The translations under genes and the position numbers were made by a program. From contig NC_042998.1 of NCBI RefSeq assembly GCF_006345805.1, forward strand, positions 128,216,001 to 128,280,000: a stretch of 64,000 nt of DNA, read 5' to 3'. This document shows, in pieces, positions 25,120 through 39,598 of the stretch. The notes under the pieces are model-generated. The model was not told the DNA's origin. It made no database searches and saw nothing but the letters and a program-made list of their open reading frames with translations. The stretch's first letter is position 1. Each line of letters begins with the position of its first letter. Source of the stretch: Octopus sinensis. Its lineage: Eukaryota.

Positions 25120-26285
25120 AGGAACGTTAGCACGCCGGACGAAATGCTTAGCGGTATTTCGGGGACGATAAATTAAGTACCAGTTGCGTACAGGAACGAT
25201 CTAATCGACTGGCCCCTCCCCAAAGATTTCGGGCCTTGTGCCTAGAGTATAGTAAAAAAATTTCGCTACCATTAAGGCGGCAAACTGGCAGAATCGTTAG
25301 CACACCGCGCAAAATACTCAGCGGCATTTCGACCGTCCTTATATTCTGAGTTCAAATTCCGCAAAGGTCGACTTTGCTTTTCATCCTTTCGCGGTCGATG
25401 AAATAGTCACACACTGGAGTCGATGTAATCTACTTATCCCCTACCCCAAAACTTCAGGCCTGGTGCCTCTAGTAGAAAGGAACTTTAGCCACCATCTCTT
25501 TTATAGTTTAATATTAAATATAGTCAGGTGTTTCGTCTGTCTTTGTGTTCTGAGTTCAAATTCCGCCGAGGTCGACTTTGCCTCTCTTCGTTTCGGGGTC
25601 GATAAATTAAGTACCAGTTGCGCACTGGGGTCCATGTAACCGACTGGACTCCCCTTGTTCAAAAATTTCGGGCCTTGTGCCTAGAGTAGAAAAAATTCTA
25701 CAAAAATCTTTAAAGGTGGCGAGATGGCAGAAACGTTAGCACGCCGGGCGAAATGCTTGGCGGTATTTTGTCTGCCGCTACGTTCTGAGTTCAAATTCCG
25801 CCAAGGTCGACTTTGCCTTTCATCCTTTCGGGGTCGATTAAATAAGTACCAGTTACGCACTGGGGTCGATATAATCGACTTAATCCGTTCGTCTGTCCTT
25901 GTTTGTCCTCTCTGTGTTTAGCCCCTTGTGGGTAGTAAAGAAATAGGTATTTCGTTTGTCTTTATGTTCTGAGTTCAAATCCTACCGAGGTCGATGAATT
26001 AAGTACCAGTCGCGTGCTGGAGTCGATCTAATTGGCTGGTCCAGCTTCCCAAAGATTTTGGGCCTTATGCCTAGAGTAGAAAAGAATATTAAATACAGTC
26101 ATATAGTTTGCACGCCAACCAAAATGTTTACCGGCATTTCATCCGTCCTTTCGTTCTGAGTCGACTTTGATTTTAATCCCTTCGCGGTCGATAAAATAAG
26201 AACTATTTGGACACTGCTGTCGATGCAATTGACTTACCCCTTCCCTCAAAATTGCTAACCCTGTGTCAATATTTGAAACCAATAT
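25120..26285 (+). mobile_element. Tandem cluster of about six SINE family A units
   Basis: Repeated acgttagcacgccgg...gagttcaaattccgcc.aggtcgactttg...gtcgataaattaagtaccagt...ccttgtgcctagagtag units in the same orientation. Confidence 0.85.
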
Positions 26286-26907
26286 TAAATACAGTCATAG
26301 CTTTCCATTTATTTTCTATGTCGTTGAAATAATTACCATCCAAGTACTAGGATCAATTTGATATTTTTTTTTCCCTATCCACAAAATTCGAAGTTTTCTT
26401 TTTTTACCTGTGTATAAATTCAAGATTTCTACATTTAAGTGACATTGGAATTTACAATTTTTTTTCTTTTTGTCTCTTATTGTTATGAATGCAAGACTTG
26501 CTTTGTGGTCCTAATATGTTCCCCAAAGATGTAGTTCCTTTGTTGTTCGTTATATATTTTTCCCTGCTTGTTTTTTCCTTTTTTTAGTTGAATTTTTTTA
26601 GTTGAATTTCTTTTTTGTAGGGTGGATTTTGGTAATGCGTGTGCTACATATATTTTACTTGTTATAAATCTATTTCCAATATCGATTTTACAAAAACTGA
26701 TTCTCTGATTCAAATCTATGTAATATTAGTTTGTTTTACACGTATCTACGTTCTTTTGTGAATATTGATGTGTAGGGTATACATGTGTGCGTTTTTGTGT
26801 TTCGATCTCTCTCTCTCTCTCTCTCTCCCTCACCCACTCACTCATTCACCCTCTTACACACACGCACACATTCTTGCTCTCTCATTCTCTATTTCTCTCT
26901 CTCTCAT

Positions 26908-26943
<36 letters not shown>

Positions 26944-26958
26944 ATATATACATACATA

Positions 26959-27031
<73 letters not shown>

Positions 27032-27098
27032 ATAAAGACATACATAAATAAATACATATATATATATACATATGTACACTCACATTCACCCACACACA

Positions 27099-27147
<49 letters not shown>

Positions 27148-27209
27148 TCACATCTCCCACACAAATATGTATGTGTATATCTATATATCTATCTATCTAT
27201 CTATATATA

Positions 27210-27242
<33 letters not shown>

Positions 27243-27311
27243 ATATATATATAAACATGCATATATATAAATATAATTATATATACATATATTCACAGAC
27301 ATACGAATGTG

Positions 27312-27351
<40 letters not shown>

Positions 27352-28529
27352 CATATGCACACTCTTACACACATATTCTATACATACATACAAGCATGAA
27401 CACCCACATGTACCTGATTAATAATAATTCTGTTATAACAGCTATTCCTATAAGTACAGCTCGTTCTTTATTGATATACTTATTTACTTATTGAAATGTT
27501 TATTTATTATTACTTTCGAGTGTTAAGCAATAATAATAATGACATTGATCTCTGCAAGATGAAAGTTAGCGAAAGGCGTTCAAATATAACATTAAAAAAA
27601 ATCAAACACTTCAAGTATTTCGCTGTAATTCTCGTACCGGATACAAAATGCATTAATAATCAACTAGTTTTATTTCATAAGCACCAATTCAAATTGAAAT
27701 TGATTGAATAAACGAGTAAGAAAAGAAGAAAGCGAAGTAATTCAACAGCCATTTTTGTTGTAGATTTTTAGCATTTGAAAATCTCGTCCGGTTTTTATTT
27801 ATTGCGTGGATTTGCGCCGGATATTGAAGTGGAAAGATCTGGAAAATATATATGAAACAATATTAAAATATATCAATATATAAATATATGAACATACTAT
27901 AATGTAATAATCAGTTATAAACGCGTGTCTATGTGTCATTGCGTGATTAATATACTCATTCTAATGAATGGAGAAGAAAACAGATATGTGAATGGCTTGA
28001 GCAAGGAAACAGATAGATATTTACTGTAGTTGTTGTTACTGTTTTTGTTCTTGTTGTTTAACCCCAGGTCAGCCTGAATTGAGCTGACTGGCAATCAAGT
28101 GCGTTCCAAGCGTACCCACCGTTCCTTCTGTTATTTTTCAGACAGCGCATCCATGACTGAATCATCTTATGTGTTCTTTATTTTTTTCCTAAGACAAGTG
28201 TTATCTGAGGGAAATATGGCTGTTGTTTCTAGGAGATCGAGCGACCACTCACAGGTCCTCTCCTGCCTTAGCATATACAATGCAATGATATGTAGCATAG
28301 AGATAAGGATAGACGGAGAGAGAGAGAAAGAAAGAAACAATGAAACAAGGAAAGGCTAGGAGGAGATAAGCAGAATGATAAAATCAGACAGACAGACAGA
28401 TAATTAGGTAGGTGTTTAGACAGATAGCTAGATATATACTTTTACACACTCACACATACATACATACATACATACATACATACATACATTCTTATATTCA
28501 CACATATACGCATACATACGTAGATAGAT

Positions 28530-28615
<86 letters not shown>

Positions 28616-29313
28616 TAAATCTTGTCTTTTTGTTAAAATTTTCAGTCTTTTTTTAACAAGATGTTGCGCAGATATGCGAAGCAAACGAACGTGGGATGAG
28701 ATTATAAAAAAAATATCAATGATGGCTTATTATTCGTTTATCCATCACTAAAAGAGAAATAGAGCAAAAGGCAAAATTCAGTTGAATAAAATACGGTCTT
28801 AACAAAATATGAGAAAACTTGTTAGACAGTAGACTGAATAACTAGATATTATATATTACCAAATGAGAGATAAAAACATGAAAACTAAAACATAAGAAAA
28901 GATTAAACAAATCATATAAAAGCATTTCTTTTATTTTTTCTTATTGGAAATCGGAAATTACATAATTGATAAATTTAAAATGATAAATTATCTAATTATT
29001 TTACACTTGATATTATTGGGTTTTTTTATTGAGTGTATGTGTGTGTGTTACTATCTAAGCATCATCTCTTATTCTCTCTATCGCTACCATTCTTGCTACG
29101 TTTCATCTGTCATTCTTTTTTTTTTTCTTTTTGTTCTCGCCTCCTCTCTATTTCCAGTCTGTTTCAGTCTTCCTTTTTTCTTTTCTTTCGTTCTTTCTTT
29201 CTTTTTTTTTCCTTTATAATATTTACTGTCTGTCTGTATTTTTCATTATATATTTTTTATCTATATCTATTTATCACTCCTTTACCTCATTCCCTATTTC
29301 TCTCTCTCTCTCT

Positions 29314-29382
<69 letters not shown>

Positions 29383-29451
29383 CATATGTATATCATATAT
29401 ATATAATATATACATATACATATGTATATATTATATATATATATATACATG

Positions 29452-29485
<34 letters not shown>

Positions 29486-30164
29486 ACATATTCGTACACA
29501 TATGTACGTGTACATACGTATACATGCATACATACATATGTGTGTATGTGTGTGTATGTATGTATATATGTTCAAATGTACATATATATATATGTATGTA
29601 TTCCTCTTTCTCCCTGTTTTCTTTCTCCTTCACACAATATACACATGTAAACCAGACATTAACAGACATAAAAGATGACATACACGCACGCACGCACACA
29701 TACACACACACATACACACACATGCATACACACGCACATAGATGTGTGTATACATGTGTGTGTGCGTATACGTGCGTATGTGTACGTGTGTGTGTGTGTG
29801 TGTTTTCTGTTTATACATCTCCATGGGATACAGTGTCAGGAACTGAAGATGAATAAGTATACGCACAGACAATCGTACGCAGACGAGATAAGCCACGCAC
29901 GAACATGCTGGAAGACGTACTGATACATAAGCGAGTTCTTATATTTTACAGTTATATGTTTACTCCTTTACACACATACACATGCATAAACACACAGACA
30001 CTTATAGACACACATATTCACAAATACAAAAGTTTTTAATATAATGCACACACATGTACACACCGTATATTCGTATATATACTACATACAATATTTATAC
30101 ATATATATATATACACACACAGATATTATACCATATATATAGTGTTTATTATAATATATAGATA

Positions 30165-30435
30165 TTTCAGTCATTTGCCGAACCACTAAGTTACGGGGAC
30201 GTAAACACACCAACATCGGTTGTCAAGCGATGGCGGGGTGGGGGGTCAACACAAACACACATAAATATATACATATATAAATACGACAGGCTTCTTTCAG
30301 TTTCCGTCTACCAAATCCACTCAAAAATCTTTGGCAAGTCCGTGTCTATAGTAGAAACACAGGCCCAATGTGCCACACAGTGGGACTGAACCCGCAACTA
30401 TGTGGTTGGGAAGCAAGGCTCTTCCTACACAGCTA
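30165..30435 (-). mobile_element. SINE family B copy with internal deletion
   Basis: gccgaaccactaagttacggggacgtaaacac...gcttctttcagtttccgtctaccaaatccac...gtgccacacagtgggactgaaccc. Confidence 0.8.
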
Positions 30436-30493
30436 GGCCCGTGCTTGCCTCTCTCTCTCTCTCTCCATATATATATATATATATTATATATAT

Positions 30494-30524
<31 letters not shown>

Positions 30525-33500
30525 GTATTATAAGTATTATAATATATATGTATATATATTATATGTATATAATATATATATATTATATATATATATATAT
30601 ATTATATATATATATAATATATATATATATATATTATATAATATATATATATATATATTATATTATTATAATATATATATGTATTATACTATATATTCGT
30701 ATATATGATACGTGTGTGTGTGTGTTCTGTATGGCCGTGTCTGTGTAGATATGCATACACAGGAACACAAACGAATTATGTATACATAGAAACATACACA
30801 ATTATACAGACTTATAGTCATATGTGTAGGCATATGGATGTAGCACATTGGAGTATCACTACACACACACACACACACGCACGCACACACGCAAACACGC
30901 ACACACAAGCATACACAAACACAAACCCACCCAAACAAACTCACACCACCCAATTCCTTAATATCAATACGTATCTCTAACATCTTGCACAGAAAATTCA
31001 GTTAATTGATACAGTTAGCGCCTCTTTTTCAAATTATCGTTTTAAATTGGCAAAAAAAAAATCCATTTTATTTTCGGGGCGGGGGGGGTACTTTTTTGTT
31101 AATAGATTTTTGTTGTGTTTTTTGTTTGGTTAATTTTTTTTTGTTTAGCATTTATTTATTTAGTTAGTTATTGTAAGCGATGATTACTGTTAAGTATATG
31201 GCTGAAGTAAATTTTAACGGAGTACAATAAATTAGGAACTCGAAACTAACCAAATAGAAGAAAATATTTTGATGGATAGAAAACAGCAGAAATTAAAGCG
31301 AAAACTGAAGAGTAAAATTTGTGGAACCAATTCCTCACCAAAACCCGACAGAGATGAAGTGAACAAGAGGGAAAGCCAAAACGGGGTCCAATGTTTTGTC
31401 ATGGAAAACTATTCAAATAAAACAATGTAAACAGAGGCTAACATCATTTTGCGGCTGCCCCATCGGTTCCAAATCCGAATATATCCATAAAACCGATGTG
31501 GAAATGGTTGAGAAATGTTCCAGACATGCACCGAACACGGCACAGGCTAGTGGTTTGGCCACAACGTGATACGGTCAAAATCATTTAAGACATGCTTGAT
31601 AAGAATTTAAAGGTCAGAACATTTCTGTACACATTCTTCCAAATACGTGCCCGCACACACACACACACAACTCATATAACCACACAATAAAATCATTCGC
31701 GTAGTAACATATACTCTAAGGTAATGCCACCAGACAGTATAACACAACCTAGCAAATACTGAATACGATTACCCAATAAATACTATAGCACATACTATTA
31801 CATAATCGACACCCCCCGATAATATAAAACCAACCAACAGCCAACACTAAAGCACATAATACAATTTACACACCACAACTCTACGCAAACACCACCCAAT
31901 AAAATGACACAACTCACATTGCGCATACTCTACGCAAAAATTAAGTTCAACAACAAAGCCTCAGCATAACCCACACAAACATCATCCAGTAATATAACAT
32001 TGCTCACACAACACATAATCAACCAAATAGTTGTTTCAACTGTATCACTACGCAATAATTGTTTCTAACATGGACGCAAGGCCTGGATTTGGCGTGAGAA
32101 GGACCTCAATACTTTACTGATGCTTCGTTTTTATCGACCCAAGATGGATGAAAGGCGAGATCTGAACACAGACCTTAAAAAGTGGAATGCTGCAAAGAAA
32201 GTATTTTTATCCCGAAGCTCCTAAGATTCTGTAAATCTGCCACCTAAATAATATAACACAAACTAAACACAATCAATAACTCGCACCGTTCATATTCTAC
32301 ATAATCACCACACGATACTATTATGCAACTCATATGACATACACAAAACACGATTATTGCCCAACAAAATGATGCAATTCACGTAAAACGTTTATACAAC
32401 AAACAGACGATACACTGAAGCAACATCAGAAGCACGACACAGGCCCAAGAACAAAGCAAAACAAATGTATTATGCAAACATCATATTACACTCCCAAAAA
32501 GCAATATTGCAAATATTTCATGAACATTGAGTTGCAGCTAGTGATGCAGTAGAATATCACACGAAACTGTTAAAACACTATAACTAGAATATATTAATTA
32601 GTTCATACGACCGACACCTTTTCCTTGAAATTTCCTTCTTATGATATGGCACACAAATCTACATTTACTGTATAACCGCAACTAAGTTTTATTATATTAC
32701 AATAAAACTAGAAACAATTAATATGTAAGTGACAGGTATCTGACAGAATCTAATCCAATAATCAAGAATTCGGATAACAGCGGAAATAAAACAAGCGAAG
32801 CAGTCATTTTGATTATCCAAAATAAAATAGATTTCTTGAAATTTGTTTGCTGAGTTTGTTTGTGGAGTTGGTGTCTGTGTGCGTTTGATGAATTCACAGT
32901 TAAATGGTTGACAAATAACCCAAACGTTAGCGAAAAAATTGTGCAATCGTAATACAACTTTTACACATGTCTAGAGTTACTCGAACGAATTTTTTCTGAA
33001 TAAGAGAATGTACATGTTTGAGAGAGATAATTCTTTCAAAAAGTAGTTTATATTTAAAACGTTAATTAAATATTATAATCTAGCTCTAAAAAAATATATA
33101 GATTAATACTTTAACTTCAATATTGTGCTACACTAATGCAGATTAGACTACCCTAACGGAAAGGAAAACTGGGAAATATCCAAAATGTTATATCTTTAAT
33201 GAAAATTATCTGAAGAATTTAATTAGGTTTAGCATAATTTTTACGACGTAAATACACTAGTAATTCATCAATAATCAATTAAAATATTACTCAGATGAGG
33301 AAGTCAACTAATATATCCAATAATTTTATTAATCAGGTCGATAAATGTAAATGCAGACAAGTAAACAGTCATCGTGTAATCATTAGGAATATTAAAACAT
33401 CAAATAAATCAAAATAATTATCAAAGTTATCAAATAATCGATTAATGTGTAAACCATCAAACAAATTATGTTGGATCACCAAGCCTGAAAAATTTTTAAA

Positions 33501-34402
33501 CATGATTTTAAGGCTTCAAGCTTTCTTATAAATTGTCAAGCATCAAAATCTTGGACAAACAATTCTTAAGATTCAAATAGTACTGAACCCTTCAAATAAA
33601 TAAATAAAAATTTGACTTTGTAATCTAATCAATCAAACAATTAATCAAATCATAACGTAAACAGAAAACAATCATTCAATTGTTACAACTAGCTAACAAG
33701 TTTTAAACAATCAAACAATTACCCAAAAAAATCTATCACTTAATTAACTGCCACGCCATTATGCACGCAATCAGTTACTCAGACACTTATATACTCAGAC
33801 CATATATTTAACAGCCATTAAACAACCAGTTAATCAAACTGTTATTAAAATTTACATCAAACCCATAATGCAGTCACTTAACTAAACTCAGTATCAGTCA
33901 TGAATCTATCAAACAACTAATCGAAGTGTTATCAATTAGTTGTATGATAATGTCAGTTATATAATTATCGTACCTGGGAGTTCTTTGCTCCGAAACGGTC
34001 TTAGTTTTTAAAACTTCATTTGTTTTCGTTCCAGGCACCTCTAAAGTGAGGCTAATGTTCCATATAGGCTAATCTTTTTGCTCCAAATAAGTGCCTCTAC
34101 ATTTGTTTTATGGAACATACTGAAGTTACTTAAGAGGACGTTATGAGTGAAATTATCCCTTAAAAGGACGAGGAATCTATTATGATTAATTTGTAATCTC
34201 TTGTGTTAATATCATACAATACTCTGTAAACAACTATTTTGAGTAATGCTATATAACAATGGATGGCTTATTACGAATGAGTATAAAGATAGGTTGTCCG
34301 ATCGATTAAATTGTTTGAGAATCACTATTGTAAGTTGTACGCGATTGCAAGAGTATATATATTATGAAATCAAAAGAGAAGAATTAAACATTTTTCTTTG
34401 AA

Positions 34403-34607
34403 ATATATCCCTAGGTCTACAAGCTCATGTGAAAAAGTATAGATATATACCTGGGTCTACAAGCTCATGTGAAAAAGTATAGATATATACCTGGCTCTCC
34501 AAAATCATGGGAAAAAGTATAGATATATATCTGGGTCTACAAGCTCATGTGAAAAAGTATAGATATATACCTGGGTCTACAAGCTCATGTAAAAAAGTAT
34601 AGATATA
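34403..34607. repeat. Minisatellite, 5 x 40 bp
   Basis: Unit atatatacctgggtctacaagctcatgtgaaaaagtatag; the third copy is divergent; no spacers. Confidence 0.95.
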
Positions 34608-36334
34608 AGCCTTGATAAAAGTAATGCACAGAAAGATACTCATACCGCAAAATATTCTAACATCGCGAAAAATAATATAGAGTCCTAAAAGACTATTGAT
34701 AGCCTGTGCTAGCAGAAGGAATGACCGCTTCTAAAATTTGTAAACTATGATAAATTCATATTATGTTTTGAGTTAGGTTTTTCTTTGAAGAAATTAGTTG
34801 CTAGTTGGAAGGCTGTAAACAAAGTTGAAGTATGTAAGGAAGAATTAGAGATTGCGGGTCAACGACTTAAGTGATGAAGATTTGTGGCGAAGAATGTGAA
34901 CTTGAAGAGTTGACTTATTGCTTATACAGGTATTTGCACACGGAAGTTGGCAATGAGTTAAAATATTAAGAGACGCAATGTAATTAACATGAATAGAGGA
35001 TATAACCACTGGCATACAACTATATTAAAATAGCCGCACTTATCGAATACAGCTATTCATATACATCTATATCACTACCCATATCAGTAAAGCATGAACA
35101 CAATAAGTATTATTGGTTAGATAATAAGGAAGAAGTGGGAATATCAGGGATAACATGGTAATTTGTTTTTGCAATAGTTTAGCTCCAGGTCAGCTGTGAT
35201 CGAGAAAACCAATAATGAAAGACGCTCTAGCTCTGAACTTCTTGTTTTATTTATACATGGTGAGTTTTTTTCATACGTAGAATCACATTATCAAATGTGT
35301 TCTTTTACAGTGAGAGATTTGGTGTGGTTGAATATCATTAAAAGAAACAACACGGAAACTTATGTGCGTACACGCACACCAGCTGGAATATAAGAGTAAA
35401 CATCTAAAAAAAAAAAGAGGCTTAAACGTAGAAGGAAAGAGGAGAGGAAATTATGAGAAAAAGCCTTCGGAGTTGTCAGTAAGATAAGTACTAAGAGGGA
35501 AGATTACATTCCTCTCTCTTTGCATTTGTGGATGCGAGAGTATCAAAGTTATAAGGCAACAACTTAACCTGGGAGCTGATCTGTAGTAATGCTATACTAT
35601 TTGAAATGTTTCCAAACAAAATATTCAAAATATTTTACAAATGTTATTATCCTAATATTTTCAAGTTTACATGCCCTCAAGAATCCAGACTCCAATGAGC
35701 ACTTGATTGTCGCCTCCATTGGAGAAAAAATTGCATATCGCATCATCGTACGCATTAAGTACATACAATTTTAAAGGAAATGTTGAGTTACAACATGCCA
35801 GTGTTGACAGGGCCGGGGATTACTTCGTACGTTTAGAGATTAAGTAGAAAACATAGACGAAGCAATAGCGCCGAACAGAGACAGTTCTCTGAACAAATCA
35901 AAACAATCGAAAGCAAATTAATCTTTTTCCGTTTAAATAATGCTATCAAACCATATTTTCGATAATTCTATCAGATTATTAATATATTAGAGTTTAAGTT
36001 TGAGTGGCCACTTCCTGAACAAGTATGAAAACTCTTTCGTAAGTGTTTGAGAATTATCTGTTTTGGAAATACATAACAGTTACTTTGGCTGTAAATGTAC
36101 TTCCTTCGATGAAATCATTCTTCTATCAATATTAGAAACAGTTTAGCTGATAGAGCATTCAGAGGAACACACTGCTAAGAATAATATCAGTCAATGTGGT
36201 GAATATAATGTAGAGATTGGAGAACCGGTTTCTAACTTCGAGTTTCACATATCCAAACTAAAATCACACAACGATTAATCTGTCTTTCCTTCCATTCCTC
36301 TGGCGAAGAAAGTTGATAATCTTTTTTTATTATA

Positions 36335-36530
36335 GGCATAAGACCTGACATTTTAGAGGAAAGGGCAAATCGATTTCATTGACCCCGGTGACCAACTGGT
36401 ACTTATCTTATCGATCCCGAAAGAATGAAAGACAAAGTCGACCTCGGCGGAAATTGAACTCGGGGCGTAAAGTCGGACGAAATATCGCTAAGCATTTTGT
36501 CCAGCGTACCAACGATTCTACTAGCTCGAT
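36335..36530 (-). mobile_element. SINE family A copy
   Basis: ggtacttatcttatcgatcccgaaagaatgaaagacaaagtcgacctcggcgg...gctaagcattttgtccagcgt. Confidence 0.8.
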
Positions 36531-37639
36531 TAAAGAAACTCAGAAAAGATGGTGGAACTAAAGCCTATTCCCCTTATACGTGTAAGAATAAAATCAATGT
36601 TAAAGAGATTAAGCGGTAGTAAGTTGGCAGTTGAGATAAAGACTTCTTGCGTTTAGTCACAATTTTCGATGAGCTCATTTCAAATTCCAATATCATAAAT
36701 TATATTTTTCGTATCTACAAAAAATATCAATGATGTAATATAGGATATTTCAATTACTCGAGCATTATATTTACTGAACAAATAAATACTGAACACTTTA
36801 TTATATATGTCCCAACCTGGTTTTCACTTTGGTTTCCATTCCATACCTTTAGATATTTCAATTCACCTACACACTCATATCATCTTCCCGACTTCCCTTC
36901 CGCTATAAAATCAGAGGGCATATGCTTATGTTACCTCCACCAAAATAAAAAGAAAATCAGTATTTAAGTACGTTTTGAAACCTTCAAATTTCACAAAATT
37001 AAAAACGAACAACTATTTACTCGAAAATAATGAAATGAGAAGGTCAAATAATGTTGTTAAATACCACAGCTGATATAAATAACTAAAATAGCTTGATAAT
37101 CGAATGTCAAACATCTATAGGACATAAAACGTTGAGAGGATGAATTATTGAACATCCAAAGTTCTTAAAGCATTCGAGAATCCTAAATCTCATAATCTCA
37201 AATGTTACCCTTATATATTTTGCAAACGATATCTAGAAAGTTAATGCACATTTCTTTTTCTTGTTTGATTGTTTGTTTATATGTTCGTGTGTGTTGTTTT
37301 CAATTTCTTCGTTTCATATCTGCGTTCTGTTTTGTTTTTTCTATTCGACCCAAACGAAGGGATAAATTTTGACTGACTGAAGAGAGCACAGTTTTTTTGT
37401 TGTTTTTGTTTTTTTTTACACCAGCAGTACACCGAGTCCTTGGTGAGAAAATTACATTTGCAAGTGGTCTAACTCACTGAACACCGAATACATAAAATGA
37501 GCAAACAATAAACAAATGACCATTGATCGAAGTAGGAAAGTGCTGTGCAATTGGCGTACACAATTATAGGTATATAGTATTCAGACTCTTACATAACTAT
37601 ATATACGTGTGTATGTATGTATGTATGTATTTATGTATG

Positions 37640-38025
37640 TAGTCGCAAGCGTGGCTGTTTGGTAAGAAATTTGCTTCCGAACCACATGGTTCCGGGTTCA
37701 GTCTCATTACCATAACCTCGTCTTGTAAGTGGACTTGGAAGACGGAAACTGAAAGTGTGTGTTTCTGTTTATCCCCCACCATTGCTTGACAACCAATGTT
37801 GGTTTGTTTACGTTCCCATAACCGAGAGATTCGGCAAACCACACCGATAGCATAAGTATCAATCTTAAAAACAATAACTATTGGGTTCGATTTGTTCGAT
37901 TAAAATTCTTCAATGTAGTTTACCAGCCTGGCTACAGCCTTATGACTGAAACAGTAAGAGATAAAAGTTCTTTTCTTATTATTATTTCTAGTCCGAGGAC
38001 TGCAGCCAGGCTGGAGCACCGCCAT
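37640..38025 (-). mobile_element. Rearranged SINE family B remnants
   Basis: gcgtggctgtttggtaagaaatttgcttccgaaccacatggttccggg, gacggaaactgaaag, gtttacgttccc..gattcggcaaa and gctggagcaccgcc; the pieces lie in both orientations. Confidence 0.6.
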
Positions 38026-38071
38026 TTACTTTGGTATATTTTCCCTAAATCTCCTCTGATATGTGACATTT

Positions 38072-38520
38072 GGAAGGCGGAGAGATGGCAGAAACGTTAG
38101 CACGTCGGACGAAATGCTTAGCGGTATTTCGTCTGCCGTTACGTTCTGAGTTCAAATTCCGCCGAGGTCGACTTTGCCTTTCATCCGTTCGGGGTCGATA
38201 AATTAAGTACCAGTTACGCACTGGGGTTGATGTAATCGACTTAATCCGTTTGTCTGTCCTTGTTTGTCCCCTCTGTGTTTAACCCATCGTGGGTAGTAAA
38301 GAAATAGGTATTACGTCTGCAGTTACGTTGAGTTCGAATTCCACCGAGGTCGACTTTGCCTTTCATCCTTTCGGAGTCGATAAATTAAGTACCAGTTACG
38401 CACTGGGGTCGATGTAATCGACTTGATTCCTTTGTCTGTCCTTGTTTGTCCCCTCTGTGTTTAGCCCCTTGTAGGCAATAAAGAAATAAGAAACGTTAGC
38501 ACGCCGGGCGAAATGCTTAG
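38072..38520 (+). mobile_element. SINE family A concatemer (two units plus the start of a third)
   Basis: Tail ...gggtagtaaagaaatag joins gtattacgtctgc, and later ...taaagaaataag joins aaacgttagcacgccgg. Confidence 0.85.
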
Positions 38521-39202
38521 TTGAGTTAGAGGTTACCAATTACATTGAACGTTGGACCTTGGCCTATCCCACTTTGGACAAGAGGTTAAAAGGCTTAATG
38601 ACCTACTAGTAAAAAAACAAAATTGCATTTAACCGATTAGCACTTTATTATGATTAATACTATTAATTAGTACTACAAACATAACTATTATAAATTATGA
38701 TTAATATAAAACCCCTTCTCAGACTAAAAACTGTTGGCATATTCATTTTTCGTATATGCGTGTGTATGTATGCGTATATAAACACGTGCGGGTATGTACA
38801 TATATGGGCGTGTGTGTGTATGAGTGCATAAGGGCATGTCTATATGAACGTGTTTTTATGCTTTGTATACTTCCTTATGTTTTTTCTTTAACCATGGTTT
38901 TTCTTGTGCTTGTGCGTATATAGACGTATGTATGAACTTTTACAGTACGCATGTGTGTGTGTATGAGTTTGTATATATATGCCTATATATTTGGCGAAAA
39001 ATGCGAGTGAAGATGTGTACGTTTTCATAGTGACGTATAAATACGCACGTGGGTCCGCGAGCGCACATGTGAGCGTATGACTAGCCATGTTTACGTGTTT
39101 TACTATGAAATTTTAATCTTATTTTATATAAGTAGCATAATTATAACACAGTAATTTCCCTTTATATAACGGTATTTTTTCATAGTGTTTTTTCAGATGG
39201 CC

Positions 39203-39265
39203 AGATAACCGAAGAGATGGTGTTGTGGATTTCCACTTCGGCATCTGAAACTCAGAGTTTTATCT
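39203..39265 (+). ncRNA. Degenerate hammerhead-like motif
   Basis: Stem I agataa/ttatct; core CCGAAGA (U4>C); stem II (a)gatg/catc(t); GAAA; near-palindromic ACTCaGAGT; GUU triplet. Confidence 0.45.
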
Positions 39266-39563
39266 TGACTATTGAGTAATTGTAACATATTATTTTATAG
39301 ATAAATTTCCTCTATTTACATAATATTGAGGTCTCTTTCTTTCTTTTGTTATCTTACCGTTTTTACTAATATATGTATATATATATATATTTATTTATTT
39401 ATTTATTTATTTATATACATACATATTTATATATATACATATATACATATATATACATATAGTTAATCCAAACATGAAAATACAAAGAGAAAACACAACA
39501 ACGCGAGGACGTGGAACAAGTATAGTGTTATTGGACGCTCAGGAAAGGAAAGAAAGAAGGGGG

Positions 39564-39598
39564 ATTTTACGTTTCGAGCGGAGCTCTTCGTCAGAAAC
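39564..39598 (-). ncRNA. Minimal PLE-type hammerhead ribozyme motif
   Basis: Minus strand reads gttt CTGACGA A GAGC tcc GCTC GAA ACGT A aaat: intact core, 4 bp stem II, palindromic ACGT, GUA triplet, short stem I. Confidence 0.7.

Noticed and set aside
31210-31640. Possible Tc1-like transposase remnant (PNPNISIKPMWKWL)
   Set aside because: Only one weak motif resemblance; not enough to call.
34403-34607. Regularly spaced repeats resembling a CRISPR array
   Set aside because: Units are contiguous with no unique spacers, there are no cas genes, and the context is eukaryotic.
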